Of a stretch of 63,364 nucleotides of DNA, positions 1 to 10,186 are shown in pieces. Position 1 is the first letter of the stretch. The number at the start of each line of letters is the position of its first letter. The notes below the pieces were generated by a model. It was not told the DNA's origin. It did not search any database and saw nothing but the letters and a program-made list of their open reading frames with translations. Both the position numbers and the translations under genes were made by a program. The stretch is from positions 1-63,364 of the forward strand of contig JBHLMQ010000007.1 in assembly GCA_048938005.1 (NCBI GenBank), read 5' to 3'. This stretch comes from Promethearchaeota archaeon (lineage in GTDB: Archaea; Asgardarchaeota; Lokiarchaeia; Sigyniarchaeales; SOKP01).

Positions 1-528
1 GATCCTCAAAATTTAGATGTAATTAATAGAATTTATGACATTAAATTTCGTGATAGATCAAAAGGATTATTATTATTACTTTCAGATTATGAAGAAGCTA
101 CTAGGATTGCTGAATTCAATGATATTGCGAAAAAACTGGCAAATCAATATTGGCCAGGTCAATTAACATTGATATTGAAAAAGAAAGAACCAAGTTTTAT
201 CCCTCCAGAAGTTACAGCATTCCAAGATACAATAGGCTTACGCGTTCCTAAAAATGAAATAATATTGAAAATTCTGCAACTTTTGAAATCAGAGGGACAT
301 TTTGGTGGGATTATTGGCACTTCAGCTAATTATACGGGAGAACCACCCTCAATAAGTGGAGAAGAAGTAACAAAGAAAATAATAAGTCCTATAGATTTAA
401 TTATTGATGGCGGTAAGTCAAAATCGAAACTTCCAACTACTATTATTGATTGTTCATCTCAAAAGATTGATTTTTTACGAATTGGGGAGATTTCTGAGGA
501 AGAAATATTGGAATTTTTATCAAAATGA
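1..528 (+). CDS. sua5: Sua5/TsaC threonylcarbamoyl-AMP synthase (5' truncated by window edge)
   Basis: Frame is open from base 1: IYDIKFRDRSKGL...YWPGQLTLIL...TIGLRVP...GTSAN...PTTIID, which are YrdC/Sua5 motifs. Confidence 0.9.
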   Translation, partial: DPQNLDVINRIYDIKFRDRSKGLLLLLSDYEEATRIAEFNDIAKKLANQYWPGQLTLILKKKEPSFIPPEVTAFQDTIGLRVPKNEIILKILQLLKSEGHFGGIIGTSANYTGEPPSISGEEVTKKIISPIDLIIDGGKSKSKLPTTIIDCSSQKIDFLRIGEISEEEILEFLSK

Positions 529-542
529 AAGGAGTGATATAA

Positions 543-1058
543 ACGAAGAATTTTAATCTCTTAATCTCAACTTCTCGATATAACGAAACTAATGCAAAAT
601 CAGAATTATGGTTTACATTATTGATGTGTGGTGATATATACCCTATCATTTCAGGAATTCAGTTTCCAGGATTAGTTACTGCGTTAACAAACCTAGAGCT
701 AAAAAAAGTTATTTCTAAAATAAAAAAAATCCTAGTAAAAAATCCAAAATTTTTTCAATTTATTTTAAAAATTGTCCCTATTGATTTTATCTGTGAAACT
801 AATACTAAAACAATAAAAAACATAATTCAAGACAATTTTATGGAATTTATTAATGATAGAGATACTTTTAAAATAACTTTAAAACGTAGAAAACACGAAA
901 AAATAGAAAGATCCAATTTTATAGAAGAAATTGCTAAAATTATCGATAATAAAGTCAATCTTGAAAATCCAGATAAAATTATTCGTATTGAAATTCTAGG
1001 AAATATTAGTGGTGTGTCAATTTTAAAAAAAAATGAAATGATCAAAGTGAAAAGATAG
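543..1058 (+). CDS. THUMP-domain protein
   Basis: C-terminal KVNLENPDKIIRIEILG THUMP motif; frame extends upstream of the track start (621) through NFNLLISTSRYNE to an ACG at 543; true start uncertain. Confidence 0.8.
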   Translation, partial: TKNFNLLISTSRYNETNAKSELWFTLLMCGDIYPIISGIQFPGLVTALTNLELKKVISKIKKILVKNPKFFQFILKIVPIDFICETNTKTIKNIIQDNFMEFINDRDTFKITLKRRKHEKIERSNFIEEIAKIIDNKVNLENPDKIIRIEILGNISGVSILKKNEMIKVKR

Positions 1059-1069
1059 ATATCTTCTTT

Positions 1070-1750
1070 TTATTCTATCTTAATTTTTTCGAGACTTAAG
1101 AGAGCCATTTTTTCACAAATTAGATCATACAAAGCTGAAAACATTGAGCTTAAATCAATTTTTGCTTTTTTTATTTTAATTCCATATGATCTTAATATAG
1201 GGAGAAGTTGATTTTCAGATATATTAAAAAATTCTTTAATTGAATTAAACTTAGCACGGGATTGATTATTGATTGTAAATTCAATTTCTTCGGCATTCAA
1301 CATTCTTATTACATTATTATTAATACTATTTAGATTATTTACTGGCGAGATTATACAAAATGTTAAGTTATTTTTGATTAAATCGGAGTAATCAATGCCA
1401 AATGCTTCAATACTCTTATTAATTTGCCGATTAGTTGTTAAATATAACAATAATTCAATATTTTTCTTGTTTGATATGTTATATTTCCGTAAAAAGGCTT
1501 TTTGTAAATAGTAGCATGCGGTAAATATGTGGTCTTGATTTAAGATATATATATCTTTAAAGAATTGTATTACTGAATTTTCATTTTTATTTTGGATTTC
1601 TTCAATAACATTAAAGAAGTGATTTAAAATATCTCCTTTATTATCTGTTTTAGAAAAATCTAAAAATTTTTCTAAATCCATTTTAATCTGATTAATCCCA
1701 ACAAAATAATCTAAATTTAATTCTTCTATGTTGAATTTTCTTATAATCAA
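1070..1750 (-). CDS. cgi121: KEOPS complex subunit Cgi121
   Basis: HIFTACYYLQKAF...NISNKKNIELLLYLTTNRQINKSIEAFGI and EKMALL motifs; likely TTG start overlapping the ecfT stop. Confidence 0.8.
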   Translation of the reverse strand: MIIRKFNIEELNLDYFVGINQIKMDLEKFLDFSKTDNKGDILNHFFNVIEEIQNKNENSVIQFFKDIYILNQDHIFTACYYLQKAFLRKYNISNKKNIELLLYLTTNRQINKSIEAFGIDYSDLIKNNLTFCIISPVNNLNSINNNVIRMLNAEEIEFTINNQSRAKFNSIKEFFNISENQLLPILRSYGIKIKKAKIDLSSMFSALYDLICEKMALLSLEKIKIE

Positions 1751-2514
1751 ACAGGCAAACTCCACATTAAAAATTCTGGCATTGAATTAAATTGAACTCT
1801 TATAAAAATTGAAAAAGCAAAGAACATTAATAAATAAATTGTAAAACCCCAATCTTTTAGTGAATATTTAATTCTATAATAATAAGAACGCTCTTTTCTA
1901 CTACCAAATGCTCTTGATTCAAGAGCTTCGGCAACATTAAAAGCTCTTTTGATAGAACAAATTATTAATGGAATTAGTAATGGAAAAAGATTCTTTATTT
2001 GACTGATTAATCCCTTTTTTTCCATTTCATAACCTCTACTTTGTTGAGCATCTAAAATGTTTTGAGCTTCAATTGCAATAGTGGGGATAAATCTAAATGC
2101 TAAAGAGAACGAAAAAGCAAATTCATATGGAAATTTCATTGAAATCAAAGATAGGGCTAAATCATTTGGATCGACAGTTAAAAAAAAGATTGAAAAAGCA
2201 GATACCATGATGTATATTCTTAATATCATTGCGATAGCGAATGATAAGGAAATAAACAATGTGTTTAAAATAACTATGAAAAGAATTAAGAATGATAAGC
2301 TACGAATACTTTTAATCCATTGTTTAAATAATTTACCTATAAGAACCAAAGGAATCAAACTCAAAAAAATGAATAATAATGGGATAATTTCAGTGAATAG
2401 TAATGCACTTATAGTATATACAATCGAAAACACTAATTTTGCCCTTGGATCTAAGTTATGCAGAAAAGACTTTTTTTTCATGAATTTAAAAGCATTTAGA
2501 AATTCTATTGACAT
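1747..2514 (-). CDS. ecfT: ECF transporter transmembrane component T
   Basis: LHNLDPRAKL, LAFRFIP, AQQSRG, ALESRAF motifs. Confidence 0.92.
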   Translation of the reverse strand: MSIEFLNAFKFMKKKSFLHNLDPRAKLVFSIVYTISALLFTEIIPLLFIFLSLIPLVLIGKLFKQWIKSIRSLSFLILFIVILNTLFISLSFAIAMILRIYIMVSAFSIFFLTVDPNDLALSLISMKFPYEFAFSFSLAFRFIPTIAIEAQNILDAQQSRGYEMEKKGLISQIKNLFPLLIPLIICSIKRAFNVAEALESRAFGSRKERSYYYRIKYSLKDWGFTIYLLMFFAFSIFIRVQFNSMPEFLMWSLPV

Positions 2515-2529
2515 TTTCCTGTATCCCTC

Positions 2530-3384
2530 CTAGGTTTTTGAAGATTTGTCTTTTATAAAATTTCGTAAATAAATAATCATATCCTCTTTAGAGATTATAT
2601 CAGAGGCTTCTTGAAAATCACTCTCTTGTAACGCTAAAAAAAATTGGCGAATTTGCGGTAAAATTAAAGACGTTTGTTTAATTAAAAACTCATTGTTTAA
2701 TATTTCCTTTGTTGGACCATCAGCAAATATTTTTCCATCTGCCATTAGTATTGTACGAGGCAAATATTCGTAGGCAAACTCAATATTATGAGTAATTATT
2801 ATTATTGTTTTCCCTTTTTTTCTCTCATTCTTAATTAAATTAATAAAAAATTCAATTTCTTTTGCATCTTGACCTAAAGTAGGTTCATCGAAAACTAAAA
2901 TTTCAGGATCCCGGCAAATTATTGAAGCTGTAGCAAGTTTTTTCGATTCTCCTCCAGATAAATTCAGGGGAGATCGTTTTCTGTATTTTTGAAGATCAAA
3001 TTCAAGTAATATTTGATCTGTTCTTATTTGAACTTCTTCTTTATTTAAATTAAAACTTTTTAATGAAAACTTAATTTCTTCCTCTACTGAATTAGCAAAT
3101 AATTGATGGAAAGGATTTTGAAAAATTATTCCTACTTTTTTAGATAAAGTTGCAATGCTTTTAGATTTAATATTTTCATTATTAATGTAGATATTGCCAC
3201 GTGTTGGTCTTATTAACCCGTTTAAGGTTCGAATAAGGCTAGTTTTACCAGCTCCATTTTTCCCCATTATCCCAATTAACTCTCCTTTAAAAATGTTTAG
3301 ATTTATTTCCTTAAAAGCTACTGTGCCATTAGGATATGTGTATTCTATATCTCTAATCATAATTATTGGAGTTTTTTTAAACAT
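2530..3384 (-). CDS. ecfA2: ECF transporter ATPase (EcfA2)
   Basis: GKNGAGKT, FQNP, LSGGE, FDEPT, ITH. Confidence 0.9.
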   Translation of the reverse strand: MFKKTPIIMIRDIEYTYPNGTVAFKEINLNIFKGELIGIMGKNGAGKTSLIRTLNGLIRPTRGNIYINNENIKSKSIATLSKKVGIIFQNPFHQLFANSVEEEIKFSLKSFNLNKEEVQIRTDQILLEFDLQKYRKRSPLNLSGGESKKLATASIICRDPEILVFDEPTLGQDAKEIEFFINLIKNERKKGKTIIIITHNIEFAYEYLPRTILMADGKIFADGPTKEILNNEFLIKQTSLILPQIRQFFLALQESDFQEASDIISKEDMIIYLRNFIKDKSSKT

Positions 3385-3408
3385 ATGTATCTCCTATTTA
3401 ATTTTCTT

Positions 3409-4248
3409 TTACAATTTTAAAGATTTTATCGCTTCAGGAATGGAATTAGGAATATTTTGATTAAATATATTTTCTTTTTTGAGTTTATTAAAGATCGAAT
3501 AAACAACAGGTTTGTTTACTCTTAAATTTTGGAAATTATCACCATTAATGACTTTTTCACGAGACTCATGTTCAACTATCCTACCATTCTGCATTAAAAT
3601 TATTTGTTCGGTGAATGGGAGAATAAGATCAAGTCGATGTTCGCTAATGAGAATTGTTACATTTTTTTCAATGTGTATCTCTTTTAATAAGTTTATTATT
3701 TTTTTTGCCATATACGGATCCAATAAAGCCGTAGGTTCATCCAGGATTAAGACTTTAGGTTCTAAAACCAAAATAGAAGCTATTGCAACTCGTTGCTGTT
3801 CTCCACCACTCAGTTCAAAAGGAGCTTTATCAAGAATATGTTCAATTTCCGTTAATGATGCGCTCTCCTTTATTCTTTTTGAAATTTCTTTTGGTGGGAC
3901 ACCAAAATTTTCTAAACCAAAGGCAATTTCATGTTCTACATTCATTGCAATCAATTGATTTTCTGGATTCTGAAATACTATTCCTACTTCAGTAGATAAA
4001 TTGGCTATTGATGTTTCAACTGTGTCTTTTCCATTGACAAAAACTTTACCTTTATAAAAACCAGTATAAAATTGTGGAATTAAACCATTCATACACCTAA
4101 TTAAAGAAGTTTTGCCACTTCCAGTTTCTCCACACAATAAAATGAATTTACTATAATTGTCTTTAATCTTTAACCTAATATTATTTAGAGCATATTCTTC
4201 ATTGCCCTTATACCGATAATAAAAGTTTTCAAATTTTATTAAATCCAT
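3409..4248 (-). CDS. ecfA1: ECF transporter ATPase (EcfA1)
   Basis: GETGSGKT, FQNPENQ, LSGGEQQR, LDEPT. Confidence 0.9.
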   Translation of the reverse strand: MDLIKFENFYYRYKGNEEYALNNIRLKIKDNYSKFILLCGETGSGKTSLIRCMNGLIPQFYTGFYKGKVFVNGKDTVETSIANLSTEVGIVFQNPENQLIAMNVEHEIAFGLENFGVPPKEISKRIKESASLTEIEHILDKAPFELSGGEQQRVAIASILVLEPKVLILDEPTALLDPYMAKKIINLLKEIHIEKNVTILISEHRLDLILPFTEQIILMQNGRIVEHESREKVINGDNFQNLRVNKPVVYSIFNKLKKENIFNQNIPNSIPEAIKSLKL

Positions 4249-4310
4249 ACTAAGATTTAACCTTTTGAAGATCTTGTTTTTAAATAATTTTTGATTATTT
4301 AAAACTTAGA

Positions 4311-5318
4311 TTATAAATATTGTTTTATTCTTTCAATAATTTGTGTGATAATATAATCAGTTTCTTTATTAATCATTAAGGATGCCGCTCCATCATGACC
4401 ACCACCACTTCCTTCGTACTGTTCGGAGATTTCTTCTAAAATTTTTCCTAAATGCAATCCTGTTTTTATACAAACTCCTTTTTTAGCTCGAGTATTAATT
4501 CTATATTGGTTTGCTTCTTTTGAGAGAACAATGGCGATATCAAATCCCAACTTTAATAGCATTGTGGCAACACTTGCTCCAAAACTACTAACATTTGTAA
4601 TTCCAATTAAAAGTTCGCCTTCCCGATTCAACTCAACTCTCTGTATGCCTTTTATTCTAGCTATTTTTTCTGAAATATCTATATCACTTTTAAGAAGAAA
4701 AAGTACATCCTGAATGTTTATATCTTCACACAATAATTTTGATACGTTTTGAATAGTTTTGTTGTTGCCATGCTTAAAGAAACCTGAATCAGTTAATATT
4801 GCTGCTATAATCAGAATTTTCAAGGGAATGGTTAATTGGATGCTATAAATTTCAAATAAATCTAAAATTATTTCTGCAGTGGAGGAATAATTTTCAAAGG
4901 TTAAATTTGATGTTCCCATATCTCTAATTTCTGATTTCTTTCCTAAATAATGATGATCAATAAAGATATAAGGAATTGCTAAACGTGAAATATCAAAATT
5001 ATCATTTAATTTAATTTGGTTTAAGTTGGTTGTATCTACTATTAAAATGGTATTAATTTTTGAAAGATTAATATTTTTCTGATAAGCAAAATTGAATTTA
5101 GGAAATTTTTCAGAAAAATTTTTTATGAAATCTTTTGTTGATTTAGAGAGTTCTGAAAAATATATTGATATCTCTTGATTTTTAAAATATTGATTTAAAA
5201 AAAATTTTAGAATAAAACAAGAGACTAAACCATCAATATCTACTAAATCATGAGTTATAATTAAAATATTTTTATTTTTTATGGAAACTAAAAAATTTTC
5301 AAATTTAGATTTCATCAT
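4311..5318 (-). CDS. DHH/DHHA1 family phosphoesterase
   Basis: THDLVDIDG, IDHH, TDSG, GGGHDGAA; usual position at the end of the archaeal exosome superoperon. Confidence 0.88.
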   Translation of the reverse strand: MMKSKFENFLVSIKNKNILIITHDLVDIDGLVSCFILKFFLNQYFKNQEISIYFSELSKSTKDFIKNFSEKFPKFNFAYQKNINLSKINTILIVDTTNLNQIKLNDNFDISRLAIPYIFIDHHYLGKKSEIRDMGTSNLTFENYSSTAEIILDLFEIYSIQLTIPLKILIIAAILTDSGFFKHGNNKTIQNVSKLLCEDINIQDVLFLLKSDIDISEKIARIKGIQRVELNREGELLIGITNVSSFGASVATMLLKLGFDIAIVLSKEANQYRINTRAKKGVCIKTGLHLGKILEEISEQYEGSGGGHDGAASLMINKETDYIITQIIERIKQYL

Positions 5319-5326
5319 AAATATTT

Positions 5327-5689
5327 TTATGAATTTTGTTTTTGAAAATCAGCCTGGAGAGATTTTCTTATTGTTTCGATTTGATTTTTAACCCGTTCTT
5401 CTTTTTGCTTTAAAGTTTTTAAACGCATCTCCAATGTGACTTTTAAACTTTTTTTCTCATCAAGTAATTTATTTTTTTCACTTTTAACTAAAATTCCTCC
5501 TATTGCCTTATATACAATATCTTCAGGTCTTATTTTTTCCAATTCTTCAATTGCTAATTCTGTTTCTCTTAATGTACTCTCTATTTGTAATCTTTGAGAA
5601 GTAATAAATTCAAAAGACTGTTGGAGATTATTTAGATTTAGTATTTTCTTCTTTTGTTCCTCGCTTAAACTGTCAAGGTTTATGGTCAT
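5327..5689 (-). CDS. pfdB: Prefoldin subunit beta
   Basis: Coiled coil around the VYKAIGGILVK hairpin; conserved gene context. Confidence 0.93.
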   Translation of the reverse strand: MTINLDSLSEEQKKKILNLNNLQQSFEFITSQRLQIESTLRETELAIEELEKIRPEDIVYKAIGGILVKSEKNKLLDEKKSLKVTLEMRLKTLKQKEERVKNQIETIRKSLQADFQKQNS

Positions 5690-5755
5690 GTTAACTCTAC
5701 AAATTATTGTGTTTTTTTTATAATTTATTTTATATAATAAATAATATATTTCTTT

Positions 5756-6028
5756 CTAAGAATTATCGACTATTTTCAATGAATTTGCAATTACTTTCCC
5801 AAAACTAATGATTTCATTAATAGAAGCACGAAAAGCAGTAATATCGCTACTATTTATCTTAAAAATTATAGAATAATCATTCTTTTTTTTCATGAAAACC
5901 TCAGATCGTTTAGTTTGTAGTTTATTAAACTCTGGTAAAAAAGATTTGTAAGAAATATCTCGTATTTGAGTGGTATTAAATTGTAATTCTATTGTTGATT
6001 TTATAGAAAAAGCATTATTTTGACTCAT
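5756..6028 (-). CDS. pcc1: KEOPS complex subunit Pcc1
   Basis: RSEV...INSSDITAFRASINE; lies between rpl37ae and pfdB. Confidence 0.85.
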   Translation of the reverse strand: MSQNNAFSIKSTIELQFNTTQIRDISYKSFLPEFNKLQTKRSEVFMKKKNDYSIIFKINSSDITAFRASINEIISFGKVIANSLKIVDNS

Positions 6029-6315
6029 TATTCTTCTGAAACTTCCAATTCTCGTTGTTTGCGTTTCGAAATACGGAAAGATTCAGCCCCTCGTGGTGTT
6101 TCAATATAATAAGCACCACCTGTAAATCGTGCTTCACATTTTTTACAGTGCCATATACCAGTTGATATTCTATGAATAGTTCCTTTTGTCTCACATCTAG
6201 GGCATTTAATGTCCCCTTTCATCTTTTCAAGAATTAGACGAGCCCTTTTCCGTAATGTACTTCCATAACGTGCGCCGTATGTGGCAGTAACTCCTACTTT
6301 CTTAGTTTTACCCAT
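6028..6315 (-). CDS. rpl37ae: 50S ribosomal protein L37Ae (eL43)
   Basis: KKVG..YGARYGSTLRK, CPRC...GIWHCKKC...FTGGAY. Confidence 0.97.
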   Translation of the reverse strand: MGKTKKVGVTATYGARYGSTLRKRARLILEKMKGDIKCPRCETKGTIHRISTGIWHCKKCEARFTGGAYYIETPRGAESFRISKRKQRELEVSEE

Positions 6316-6525
6316 TTTAATCGAAATTAATATTGAATAGTTGATGTTATATTAAAAAATAGGATAAACTATAAATTTTTCTAAATTAGAAAATATTTCA
6401 TTAAATTTTCTCGTTTTTTAAATTTTAGTGTAAATTGCCCATAATGAGAATTTTTAAATTAATTAAAATCAAAACATTAAATTATAAATTTTGTAATATT
6501 TTACTCTCAATTGAAAGTGTAGTAT

Positions 6526-6731
6526 ATGGCTGAAGAAGAATCTCTTATTGTGATTTTAAGAAAAATAACTCATAAATATAAAGAAGTGGGGAGTAATGCT
6601 GCAAATTTTGGCAAATTCAATCAATGGGAAGTTATGAATTAGATGAAATAAATGGAGGTTACGATGCTTTTGAAACACTCAGGAGAGTAAAAAATTAAGT
6701 CCTTGTAAAGGAATATCTAACAGTAATTTAA
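6526..6731 (+). pseudogene. Possible degraded ORF remnant
   Basis: 38-codon ORF MAEEESLIV... followed by a shifted frame (ELDEINGGYDAFETLRRVKN*VLVKEYLTVI*) in a 470-bp gap inside a normally compact operon. Confidence 0.25.
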
Positions 6732-6782
6732 ATTAAAAAATTGAATTGTTTTAACAAAAAAAGAAAAAAAAATTTTAAGATA

Positions 6783-7616
6783 TTAAACAATTTTACTTAA
6801 ATATTGTAAAAGATTTAATTTACTTCTTAATTTATTGCCTATTTCTAAAGATTTATTGCATAACATTTTTATCTCTTCAATTGAAAAAGTAGACGCTCCA
6901 CTCTTTTGAATTGAAGTAATTTTATCTTCCGTAACTGAAATCGAAATTTTGCCATCGCATACTAATTCTTCAGGTAAGTTTGGATCCAAGAAGATTATAT
7001 CATCAATTTTCCCATATGTTAATACAAAAGGTAATTCATTTACAATAGTTTCTCCTGTTAAATATTTTCCTGTCCATTCAACCTCACCTTTTTCTTCATT
7101 CCACTTACCTTCAGGAATATGGGCAGAAATTAAGCTAGTTAAGGCACTTACCCCACCTGCATCAATTAAATTGCCAGCATGATTAATTACATACATATCA
7201 ACGAAAAGTATGTATACAAGCGTATCTTCTTTAATACATAGTTTTTTTGTTTGGACACAGTCTGCATGTCGAATACCTCGATCCACTACGCGAGCTAATT
7301 CAATAGATTGCTCATCTGGAGGTCCTCTTTCAAATAAGGGAGATGCTATTGGAAGCAATTCTGCCATAACAGTACAAACACCTTCATTAGGGAGATCTGG
7401 AAATGGTTCACCAACTTCGTACTTTAAGCCTGTTATAATTCTGGTGTCTCCTAAATAAACATCTGCAGACCCTTCTGCTGAAGAAATTATATCACTATTT
7501 ATTTGAAATTCACGGTATTCCCAAAGTCCTCTATCATCTATTCTTTCTTCTTTTTTCAAATTTGTAAGTATATAATTTCTTTCGATTTTTGAAATAATTC
7601 GTTTAACATCCATCAT
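6783..7616 (-). CDS. rrp42: Exosome complex protein Rrp42
   Basis: RIDDRGLWEYR, AEGSA, ELARVVDRGIR, GNLIDA. Confidence 0.95.
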   Translation of the reverse strand: MMDVKRIISKIERNYILTNLKKEERIDDRGLWEYREFQINSDIISSAEGSADVYLGDTRIITGLKYEVGEPFPDLPNEGVCTVMAELLPIASPLFERGPPDEQSIELARVVDRGIRHADCVQTKKLCIKEDTLVYILFVDMYVINHAGNLIDAGGVSALTSLISAHIPEGKWNEEKGEVEWTGKYLTGETIVNELPFVLTYGKIDDIIFLDPNLPEELVCDGKISISVTEDKITSIQKSGASTFSIEEIKMLCNKSLEIGNKLRSKLNLLQYLSKIV

Positions 7617-7618
7617 TT

Positions 7619-8404
7619 TTACTCATCACCTTTTTTATCTCCTTCCTCCATTTTCTTGTTTGTAACTTCTTGTAATTTAATATATTTTCTTTTTAATGCA
7701 TCTAATTGGATTTGATGAATCCTCTTTAATGCTTCTCCTGCAAGATCTAAGAATTCATTCAACTCATTTAAATCCATATCTCCATCAAATTGTAATAATG
7801 AAATTTCCTCGTTATACCATGTGATTGCGATAGGTAAATCTGCATCTCCTGCTTTGTCTTCAATTCCAGAAAGATCAACTACTTTCTTTCCATCAATTTT
7901 TCCTACAGCAATTGCAGATACCAAGCTTCTCATTGGAATTCCTGCATCAGCTAAAGCTAACGCAGCTATTGTAGTGCTTGCGCATCTCGTTCCACCATCT
8001 GCATCCATAACTTCAATAAAAACTTCAAAACTAGTACCAGGATAAAGTTCAAGAAAAAGTACAGGTTCTAAACAATCCGCAATAATCATCGAAATCTCTT
8101 TTTCACGGCGTCCAGGTGCTGGTCTTTTCCTATCAAACACCGAAAAAGTAGCCATTCTATAGAATACTCTCAAAATTCCTTTATCTGGTTTTGATAAATG
8201 ATGTGGGTGTACTTCTCGTGGTCCATATACCGCAGCAAAGATTTTGTTATTGCCCCATTCTAAATATGCGGATCCATCTGCATTTTTTATAATACCAACT
8301 TCCATTTTTATAGGTCTTAATTCATTATTATCCCGACCATCGAGCCTTTTTCCATCTTTACGAAATAAAGTCTCAGGATATTCGTCTTTAATAATTAATG
8401 GCAT
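7619..8404 (-). CDS. rrp41: Exosome complex exonuclease Rrp41
   Basis: RLDGR..ELRP, ADGSAYLEWG, VYGPREVHP, ADGGTRCAS. Confidence 0.96.
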   Translation of the reverse strand: MPLIIKDEYPETLFRKDGKRLDGRDNNELRPIKMEVGIIKNADGSAYLEWGNNKIFAAVYGPREVHPHHLSKPDKGILRVFYRMATFSVFDRKRPAPGRREKEISMIIADCLEPVLFLELYPGTSFEVFIEVMDADGGTRCASTTIAALALADAGIPMRSLVSAIAVGKIDGKKVVDLSGIEDKAGDADLPIAITWYNEEISLLQFDGDMDLNELNEFLDLAGEALKRIHQIQLDALKRKYIKLQEVTNKKMEEGDKKGDE

Positions 8405-9202
8405 TTATGCGATACCTCTCTTCTTTTTTTCATTTATTATATAATCTTGCATTCTATCTGTTAAACCAACTGTATGGGCTTCAGAAGCAATTTTATGAAT
8501 TGATTCAATAAGCAATCTTTCATGAGCAATATCTTCACCTTTCAGCCAAATGCGGCCGTTCTGTGTAACGAATATATTACACTTGGTTAAATTTTTTAAC
8601 ATTTTTATCATTGATCCGTTTCTACCGATTACTCTTGGAATTTTAGGTGGATCTATCGAAATTACGATACCACCAATTTTCTTTCCTAAATACTTTCCAA
8701 TAGTAGTTAATTCAGGTTTATTTAAACGATCTGCGGAGAGAATTTTTACAACTAAGATATCTCCTATGTCAAATTTTTCAGTACTTAAATCTTCCTCATG
8801 ACCACCGCCTCCTCTGAATCCTCTTATCTTACCCCTTTTAACGGTATTCTTAGGCTTAAGTTGGCCAAAATCTTTAGCATTAATATCACATTTATATTTA
8901 ACTGGGTTTTTATCGACCACTAAAGCTATGACCTTATCCCCCGGACGAGGAGTATAAAACCCCCTAAGAGGAATTACATTAATATAATTCTTTTTTATTT
9001 GCTTTAATCCAATATTTAAAGATATTATTTTACTTTTCTCTTTATTTAAGATGGTTCCCCTTCCGGGTAAATACTTTTTAACATCTTCAGTTAAAACTTC
9101 TCCAGGTACAACAATATCTCTTGAAGCTTCTTCATCATCTTCAAAATCTTCGAATTCATCAGATACAGTCTCTTCATCATTTTCTTCCATAAAACTACTC
9201 AC
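8405..9202 (-). CDS. rrp4: Exosome complex RNA-binding protein Rrp4
   Basis: IVVPGE, S1 domain, KH motif IPRVIGRNGSMI, AHTVGLTD. Confidence 0.95.
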   Translation of the reverse strand: MSSFMEENDEETVSDEFEDFEDDEEASRDIVVPGEVLTEDVKKYLPGRGTILNKEKSKIISLNIGLKQIKKNYINVIPLRGFYTPRPGDKVIALVVDKNPVKYKCDINAKDFGQLKPKNTVKRGKIRGFRGGGGHEEDLSTEKFDIGDILVVKILSADRLNKPELTTIGKYLGKKIGGIVISIDPPKIPRVIGRNGSMIKMLKNLTKCNIFVTQNGRIWLKGEDIAHERLLIESIHKIASEAHTVGLTDRMQDYIINEKKKRGIA

Positions 9203-9280
9203 TTCTTTTCTAGAATTTATTTATTCTCCTAACCTATACGAAAAAATAATATAAATGAGAAGAAATTTAAAACTTTTAGG

Positions 9281-10072
9281 CTAAGTTTTTAATATTTTTG
9301 TCTGAACTCTTCCATGAGTTAATTTATTTAATTTATCAATCAATTCCATTTGTAATCCTGCTGGTAAACTTACAACTGCTACCCATGAACCATCAGATTG
9401 CCATTCTTCTTTCTTAATTTGCACGTATTGAGCGACTATATTATATCCTTTTGCGGTAAAAGCTGTTGGAATCTTAATTGCCATTTCTACCTGTTCTATT
9501 TTAATAGGAATAATAGCTCGAATACTTTTAACAACATCATCAACTTGCTCTTCAGCACTCCTCATTAAGTCTATTTTAACTTTTGCCTCCTCAATTGCTT
9601 TTTCAATTCGCTGATAAGGATGAGGTTTTTTATTCTGTGGATTTATAGCATTTTTACTTATAATTGTTATTATTTGCTTTAATTTCTTTTGCTTTTCCTC
9701 TTCTCTTTGGGCTTTTGTCCAATGTATTTCTCCTTCTAAGAGAACATATCCCGCAATTATCATTCCATCTGAAGTATTAAATACTGCTTCCATATCTCCA
9801 TCCGTCGCCTTTTTTCCTCTCCTTAAATCTTCAAATACAGTAAAGCTCTCAAATATAAGTTCTAAATCAATTTTTTGATCATTTAATAACTCTTCTACTG
9901 TAAATCGAGACTTTTCTTTACCCGCTTTTAACCGTTTATTGATTTCTTCTCGAATAAATTTTTTAGCTTCCCATGCTTTTTCGGGATCCATTAACATTTC
10001 GAAAACTCTGCCTGATTTCTCAATACGTCCAACGATGAATCCGCCCAAATCAATCCTTGCCCGATCAATCAT
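9281..10072 (-). CDS. Ribosome maturation factor SBDS/Sdo1
   Basis: INPQNKKPHP..RIEKA, KEEWQSDGSW, LNKLTHG. Confidence 0.95.
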   Translation of the reverse strand: MIDRARIDLGGFIVGRIEKSGRVFEMLMDPEKAWEAKKFIREEINKRLKAGKEKSRFTVEELLNDQKIDLELIFESFTVFEDLRRGKKATDGDMEAVFNTSDGMIIAGYVLLEGEIHWTKAQREEEKQKKLKQIITIISKNAINPQNKKPHPYQRIEKAIEEAKVKIDLMRSAEEQVDDVVKSIRAIIPIKIEQVEMAIKIPTAFTAKGYNIVAQYVQIKKEEWQSDGSWVAVVSLPAGLQMELIDKLNKLTHGRVQTKILKT

Positions 10073-10186
10073 GGTATAATTTCACAAATTAACTGATTGA
10101 ATTAAATCGATTTTTATCCTTTCCAATTCTTTTGTCTTTCCGTTTAAGAGATAAATATAAAGGCAATTACCTTGATTTCTAGAATA

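Noticed and set aside
1747-4248. ECF module without a substrate-binding S component
   Set aside because: Normal for shared (group II) ECF modules.
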